This document shows positions 59,335-64,000 of a DNA stretch of 64,000 bases, in pieces; the stretch's first letter is position 1, and every line of letters starts with the position of its first letter. The stretch is from assembly GCA_004431415.1 (NCBI GenBank), contig QPMI01000183.1, positions 62,001 through 126,000 on the forward strand, read 5' to 3'. A program made the position numbers and the translations under genes. The DNA is from Cyanophora paradoxa CCMP329. Its lineage: Eukaryota; Plantae; Glaucophyta. The notes beneath the pieces are model-generated. The model was not told where the DNA came from, did no database searches, and saw only the letters and a list, made by a program, of their open reading frames with translations.

Positions 59335-62300
59335 ATGGAGCCGGGAGAAAGTGCCGCGTCACCCCTAGCGACGCCGAGCGTTTCCAAACCGGCGACAGAG
59401 GCCAGCACAGCGAACCCGGCAGCCTCCCCTGCTCCTAGCGCCTCAGCGAGCACGCTGGTGTCTGCAGACACGTTGTGCACGGCGGATATGGCTGCGAAAG
59501 TCGCAGCTACCAAGTCCGCGTATCGCACACTCGACAGCGCAGCGGTCGCCAGCGCTCTTCGTATCGAGTTGGATGCACTCGGGCAACAGGTCGACGTTGA
59601 GGCGATCGAACGTGCAGTGCAAGAGTGCCGCGGCGGCATTGTCGAGGAAGCTGTGCAGAAGGCGCGCAGGCACCAAGCGCTAAAAGAGAAGCTGGAGTCT
59701 TGCCCACAGCAACAGCGTGCGTGCTGCAGCACCTTCCTTCTCGTTGTTATATCCCCCCTTACTTAGAGCGCGCTTTCACCCGCAGGCGCCGCATGCATCC
59801 GCTATCTTCAGTTGAAACTCTACAGTGAGAGCGCCACTGGCCGCGCCGAGCTTTCTGATCTGGAAAAGCTTCTCATCCGCGTCGACAACACAATCGAAAA
59901 AGGGCAGCGTCGTGTCGCGAAGATCAAGAAGATAATGGGGAACAAATTTGACGGATTCGTTTCTGAAGAAGACTACATGGTACAGGCCTGCAGAAAGTAT
60001 GTAGAATCGAGTTTCCCGACCATACCAGAAAACAAAAAGAAGCTTCTCGGTATGCGTACACTGATTTTGTATGCCTGTCTTTCCTTTCTTTAACTTTAAT
60101 TTCGTGCAGTCGCAGCCTATGACAGTTGCAAGTGGTTTGAGAAGCGCCACGGGGAATTGATCAAGCGCATAGAAGCCTGCAAGCCAGCAGTCGAGGATGC
60201 CCTGAATCTCATCATTTCTGCCAACAAATTGGAGTACGACTTCTTGCAGGTCGATGATTCTCTACTAAAATTGGATCGTCGGAGAGACCAGTTGGGACTC
60301 AAGCCCCGCTTGACGGTGGCGGGGCCCGCTGCTAATGCCAGCGTCAAGGAGAAATCCGGAAAGCCGAGAACACTCGTGCGCGGACCCATTCTCCGAGTCC
60401 CTGCGTGCCTTACGCGCAGCAGCCGCCCCAGAAGGATCCGAAGCTCGAGGCGAGAAAGGCGCGGGCGGCCAGCTTCACGGCTAACCCCGCCTTGTTCCGA
60501 AGGGCCCCTCCCCCCTGGGCCCGAGCCGCTGCACAGGAGGAGCCGAAGGTGGAGGGGCCGGCCGCCGCCGCCGCGGGCCCCTCGCTCCCTCCGCCGCCTC
60601 CCGAGACGAGGCCAGCCGCTCCGGCGGCCCCGGCGGCGGCGAAGGACGGGAAGGAGGAGGCGCGGCCGCGCGAGTTCGCAGTTCCGCCGCCTCGTTTCAC
60701 TGGGGCCGGCGCCAGCCCGCCCGATGACGTGCCAAGCCCCTCTCAGCCGTCCCGCCAGACCCCTCCCACCCCCGCTTCCGCATTCCGTCCGCCCCTTCCT
60801 CCGCCTGGAGTGGTGGAGGAGACGCCGAGCAAGGGGCGGAAGGGTGGGCGGGCGCAGCTCTCGTCCACGGCGAGGCGCCGGTGGAAGGACAAGCTCGCGA
60901 GGGACGCGGAGCTCGAGCAGGTGCTCGCGCCCGCCTCGCCGCTCCTCCTCCCGCTTGACCGCCGGGGCAGCTGGCGGCGCTCAGGGAATCGGAGTCGAAG
61001 GGCGGGAGCGCCGTTCGCGGGAATCTCTTTGGGGAGCCCTCAGACGAGGCGGCGGGCCCCTCCGGAGTAGAGCCCTCCCCCGCGCCCGGGCACGAGGCGC
61101 GCCAGCCCGGCTGCGACGACGATGACGATGAGTCGGTCGGCTCCGATGACGAATTCATCCCGCGCGGCACCCTCCCCGCCAACCACCGGGCCCCTCCCCA
61201 GTTCCCCCCCGCGGCGCCCGCATCCGTTCCCCATTCCGCCCCCATCTCCACCCCTCACGAACCCATCGTCCTCCCCCCCTGCGGCAAGCCGAACGTCGCG
61301 CCCCGATCTTCTCAGCCGGCGCCTCCCTCCGAGGCCCCGCATCCCGCCCCTTCCCATCCCGCTCAGGCGAGCCCCGCCCGCGTCCAGCCCGCCCGCAAAG
61401 CGAAGGCGCTGTCTCCTATTGCCGTACCAGCACGCGGCGCTGGGCGCGGCCGCGGCCGCGGGCGCGGCGGAGCAGCGACGCGAGGCGGCGTCGCCAACGG
61501 AGCAGTCAGCTTCCCGGAGGCGCAGCCGAAGGGGAGAGCGCAAGCCCCGTCGGAAGAGGGCGCGCCGAGGGACGGCCAACCGAGTGCACGCGGGCGGGAG
61601 TCGAAGGCGAAGCGGGGCGGGGGTCCGTCCGGCGCCCGGCGGCGCACCGCGAAGCGCCCCGAGCCGGAATCGGAGCCGGAGCAGCCGGCCGCGGACGGAG
61701 CGGCCTCGGAAGCGGATAAGGAGGAGCCCGGGCCGCGCGTGACGCGGCTGCGCCTGCGGCGGCAGGTCGGTGGGGAGGGCGCCGGGACAGCAGAGCGCGC
61801 AGCGGCCCCGAGGTCCTCCTCCTCGGCCTCCGGAGAGTCGCATGCGGAGTCGGACGAGGAGCCGTCCTCCTCGTCTTCGCGGTCGAGCTCCGGCAGCGAG
61901 GCGAGCCCGAGCGAGCAGGAGGAGGACGCGTGGGAGGAGCAGGCGCCGACCAGGCGCGCCCCGCCCCGCCGCAGGGCCGTCCCGAAGGCCAAGGTTGCGG
62001 CGGGCGGCGAGACCGGGTCGGGGGCCGCGGCGCCGCGCAAGGGCCGCGCGCCACCGAAGAAAAAGCGGCCGGAGGCGGACGATGAAGACGAAGGGGCGCA
62101 AGGCGACGCGCCGCCGGCTCCGAAGCGCGCGCGAAAGCCCGCGGCGCCTCGGAAGCGGGCGGCGGCCGTGGCGGCCGAGCCGGCCGGAGAGGCGGAGGGG
62201 CCGAAGACCGTGGAGCCGCCAAATCGGCGCAGGAAGAAGGCAGAGGCCGCGGACGGGGACGCGAACCCCGCCAAGCGCTCCAAGAAGGCGGTCCGCTCTT

Positions 62301-64000
62301 TCGCTGAGCGCGCCTCGCCCTCCGCACCTCACCCGGCGTCGTGCAGGAGGGCGCGTGGGCGCCCAAGGTGGAGAAGCGGCCGCGGAGGGCTGCGGCGGGC
62401 GCGGCCGGCGAGAAGGATCGCTACACGGAGAACTTCCGCGGGTACAAATTGAAGAGCCGGGTGGGGCGGGGCCAGCTGGGCCAGCGGTGGCGTGCGGCAA
62501 AGCCGTCGAAGGGGGCCGCGCGGCCGGCGGCGTGGCACGGGGACGGTCAGGACGTCTCCGCGCTGCTGGGCGAGCACGCGGAGGACGTCTGCCGGGCCCT
62601 CGGCGAGGACGCCGGGCCCTCCTCCTCTTCCTCCGCACCGGCCGCCCCCGAGGCGCCGGCCGCCAGGCAGCAGGAGGCCGAGGCCGCCGTCTCATCCCTC
62701 TTCACGCAGGCGCGCCCTCTCTCCCGCGCCCCCGGAGCGCCTCCTTTCGCCGCTGACGGCCGGCCAGCAGGAGGCGCGCGAGTACAGCCGGGAGGCCCTG
62801 GGGCGCGTCGCGTCGGCCGTTTTCGGCTTCAAGGAGCTCCGCGACGGTCCGCGGCCGACCCGCCCGCTGCCCCGGGGTCCGGGCCTGAGCCCCCCGCAGG
62901 CCAGTACGAGATCGTCTCGCGAATCCTCGCCGGCCACTCGACGCTCGCCGCCCTGCCCACCGGTCCGCCTGCCGCGCCCTGGCCTCTCGCGGCGCCCGAC
63001 GGGGCGGGGCGGGCAGGGGCGGGCAAGACGCTGTGCTACATGCTTCCGGCGGTGGTGCACAGCGTGCGCGAGGCGATGCGCGAGAAGCGCGAGGGGCAGG
63101 CCCGGCAGCAGCGCTCCGTCGGTCCGCGCCGCCCCATTTTAGACGGCGCGAGGCCGGGCCGGGGGGCCAACGGGGCGCGCAGTGCTGGTGGTGAGCCCCC
63201 TGGTGGCCCTCATGCACGACCAGCTGCGTGCTCTCCCCGTGAACCTCGGCGGCGCCCTCCTCGAGTACGGCACGACGGTGCCGCCCGCCTCCCCGCCCCC
63301 ACGCCCTCGCCCTGTGCCTCATGCGGGCGGGGCGCGCAGCTCGACGAGGAAGCCGAGATTTTCAAGCGCCTCAAGGCGCGCTCCGCCTTCGGCCGACCCC
63401 CAATGCCGCCCCGCGTGACGCGTCGGCGCGCCCGCAGGAGGGCAACGCGCGCGTGCTCTTCGCCTCGTGCGAGCGCGTCACGTCGGAGCGATTCCTGCGG
63501 GCGGCCGCGGAGCCCGCCTTCCCCCGCGTCTCCCTCGCATGCGTCGACGAGGCGCGGCGCTCCCCCCCGCGCCGCGCACCGCCTCCCTTCGCGCCGCCTG
63601 ACGTCGTTCCGCGCCACAGGCGCACCTGATCTCGGACTGGGGCCACTCCTTCCGGTCCGTGCGCGTGGGCGTGGCATGCTCGCCCTTGCGTAACCGGCCG
63701 ATCCCGTAGGCCCTGCTACCTCACCTTGGCCGCCGCCCTCCGCCGCCTCGGCGCCCCCACCACCCTCGCCCTCACTGGTCCGTGCCGCTCCGCCCCTTCC
63801 GCATCCGCCGCCCCGCGAAATGGCCTCCGGCAGCGACGGCGACGCGGCGCGTCGAGAGGGAGATCTGTGACACGCTCAGCATCCCCCGCGGGCCGGTCGC
63901 GGAGGGCGGCGGCGTGCGTTTCGAGCCGCCCCACGCTTGAGCTGCGTCGGCCAACCCCTCGCGCGCCTGCAGGTCGTGCGGCGGCCGCTGCACCGCCCGA
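59335..64000 (+). CDS. RECQL4: RECQL4-like RecQ helicase with long N-terminal extension; 3' end beyond window
   Basis: [84 protein letters not shown] upstream. Joining of the 5' exons is inferred from in-frame splicing. Confidence 0.75.

Noticed and set aside
1791-64000. DNA-repair gene cluster (LIG3, XRRA1, Irc3-like, RECQL4)
   Set aside because: The genes are spread over 60 kb among unrelated ones, with nothing to suggest more than chance.

Overview
Gene-dense, very GC-rich nuclear DNA from an intron-rich, flagellated eukaryote (IFT38 and DRC8 are present; a glaucophyte-like alga is a low-confidence guess). The ORF track is mostly GC-driven noise: real genes are chains of small exons split by mostly ~50-100 nt introns, and all gene models here were spliced by hand. 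I can support 22 protein genes: FAM126/hyccin, DNA ligase III with a C-terminal PBZ, NDUFA5, a BCP-like peroxiredoxin, XRRA1, TMEM33, a WD40 protein, an Irc3-like helicase, a RINGv E3, a tetraspanin-like protein, an unknown membrane protein, an SLC49-like MFS, nitrobindin, an amidohydrolase, an IQ-repeat protein, ESS2, DRC8, RanBP1, CCT6, UTP25, IFT38 and a RECQL4-like helicase. There is also a ~5.4 kb probable non-autonomous CACTG-type TIR element carrying host-gene fragments and tandem arrays. Strongest signals: (1) about half of LIG3 splice donors are GC, while GC donors nearly vanish in an ~18 kb lower-GC block; (2) many introns have C-rich 5' and G-rich 3' complementary halves; (3) 18 of 22 genes sit head-to-head and a GGGTAC motif recurs in these short promoters; (4) the amidohydrolase resembles an archaeal family yet has 8 introns; (5) the helicase carries six copies of an unrecognised ~45-aa module. 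No database searches or computations were run.
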